The translations under genes were made by a program, and so were the position numbers. This document shows positions 42,900-43,602 of a stretch of DNA of 43,602 nt, in pieces; position 1 is the first letter of the stretch, and every line of letters starts with the position of its first letter. Origin of the DNA: a virus (taxonomy: Duplodnaviria > Caudoviricetes); IMG/VR virus record IMGVR_UViG_3300031949_000079, positions 1 to 43,602 of that record; one strand, 5' to 3'. The notes below the pieces were generated by a model. The model ran no database searches. It saw nothing but the letters and a program-made list of their open reading frames with translations, and was not told the origin of the DNA.

Positions 42900-43046
42900 A
42901 TGGGCACCAGACAACGATATGTAATTAGGTTACAACCGGAACTTATCAAAGCCATCAAACACCAAATTATTGAGGAAGAAAGGAGGGCATGTGAGGTACT
43001 AGAGGAAGCTATACGAGACTATATCAAGAAGCGAGGAGGAGAATGA
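42900..43046 (+). CDS. 48-aa ribbon-helix-helix (CopG/Arc-like) regulator
   Basis: Manual translation MGTRQRYVIRLQPELIKAIKHQIIEEERRACEVLEEAIRDYIKKRGGE: beta strand plus two helices. Confidence 0.72.
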   Translation: MGTRQRYVIRLQPELIKAIKHQIIEEERRACEVLEEAIRDYIKKRGGE

Positions 43047-43189
43047 AAACAACCATCACAACCAAAACAGAGACACCAAACGAGGATACTGGGCTGACGA
43101 CAGTTACCATAGTATCCACAGAAGGTGATGAGGCAACAGCAGTAGTCACCATGCACAAACAGGTTATAGAAGAATTAGAGGAGGAATAA
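43043..43189 (+). CDS. 48-aa Thr/Glu-rich protein
   Basis: Manual translation; coupled at both ends. Confidence 0.55.
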   Translation: MKTTITTKTETPNEDTGLTTVTIVSTEGDEATAVVTMHKQVIEELEEE

Positions 43190-43602
43190 TGGCAAACGAG
43201 ACACCAGTACCACAGGAACAGGTATTAGCCCAATTACGGACAAGAGGGTTTGAGGACGGATTTCAACGGACACCACTCCGGCATTTCAAGGGTAAGCTGG
43301 ACAAGATTGGTGGCCACATGATTGATAGGTTCGCACCACCCAGACTTGAGGTAATCTATACATTCAGTGAAATGGAGGTCATTGACTCCACCGAACCTTA
43401 TCTGGCACCAATAGCTGACCTCACCATCCTGCACAGTTCACGGAAGAAGTCAGCGATGGGTTATCTCGGCGCCTCCATAGACAAGATTATTAATGCCGGA
43501 TTACCGGCTGACGCACCAGCCAGTCAAGTCAAGGGTCAGGATTTCCTGATGGGTAAGATACTGGAGATGAAAATGACACCAGGCCACATGATATTCAGCC
43601 GG
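43189..43602 (+). CDS. 5' part of the join-spanning ~244-aa protein (continues to 462)
   Basis: ATG 43189 with GAGGAGG SD; frame open to the window end and in frame with 88..462. Confidence 0.8.
   Translation, partial: MANETPVPQEQVLAQLRTRGFEDGFQRTPLRHFKGKLDKIGGHMIDRFAPPRLEVIYTFSEMEVIDSTEPYLAPIADLTILHSSRKKSAMGYLGASIDKIINAGLPADAPASQVKGQDFLMGKILEMKMTPGHMIFSR
43462..43602. repeat. Terminal direct repeat, copy 2
   Basis: 140/141 identical to 1-141. Confidence 0.97.

Noticed and set aside
1-43602. Stop-codon reassignment
   Set aside because: Long genes are intact in the standard code, and TAA, TAG and TGA all end tightly coupled genes.

Overview
The window is an apparently complete, circularly permuted ~43.46 kb tailed-phage genome: the last 141 nt repeat the first 141 nt with one synonymous mismatch. 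It has two main arms. The plus-strand early/replication arm (about 34.0 kb, across the join, to 8.9 kb) encodes an AAA_25/RepA-type helicase, an RHH regulator, a Cas4-like exonuclease, a Sak4-like ATPase, HNH and ERCC4-type nucleases, an amino-DNA methyltransferase, dCMP deaminase, a family A DNA polymerase and many tiny Cys-rich or membrane proteins. The minus-strand virion arm (33.9 to 8.9 kb) is podovirus-like: TerS, TerL, portal, a 1952-aa internal protein, scaffold, a BPP-1/epsilon15-type major capsid protein with a Bbp16-like cement protein, and fibre/tail genes. I recognised no integrase, CI repressor, primase, reverse transcriptase, tRNA, CRISPR array or peptidoglycan hydrolase. Highlights: (1) a complete type II hammerhead ribozyme at 477-586 whose stem II covers the next gene's ribosome-binding site, followed by a ~345-nt highly base-paired candidate ncRNA; (2) two AGAAC-N4-GTTCT LexA-type boxes upstream of an early promoter, suggesting a Chloroflexota (Dehalococcoidia-like) or other GAAC-N4-GTTC host and SOS coupling; (3) a lysis-position cassette with a papain-fold Cys protease between holin-like proteins instead of an endolysin; (4) three paralogous HNH-like 'YHHW..GxWxCxxCH' genes, one decayed. 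All family calls come from reading motifs by eye, with no database search.
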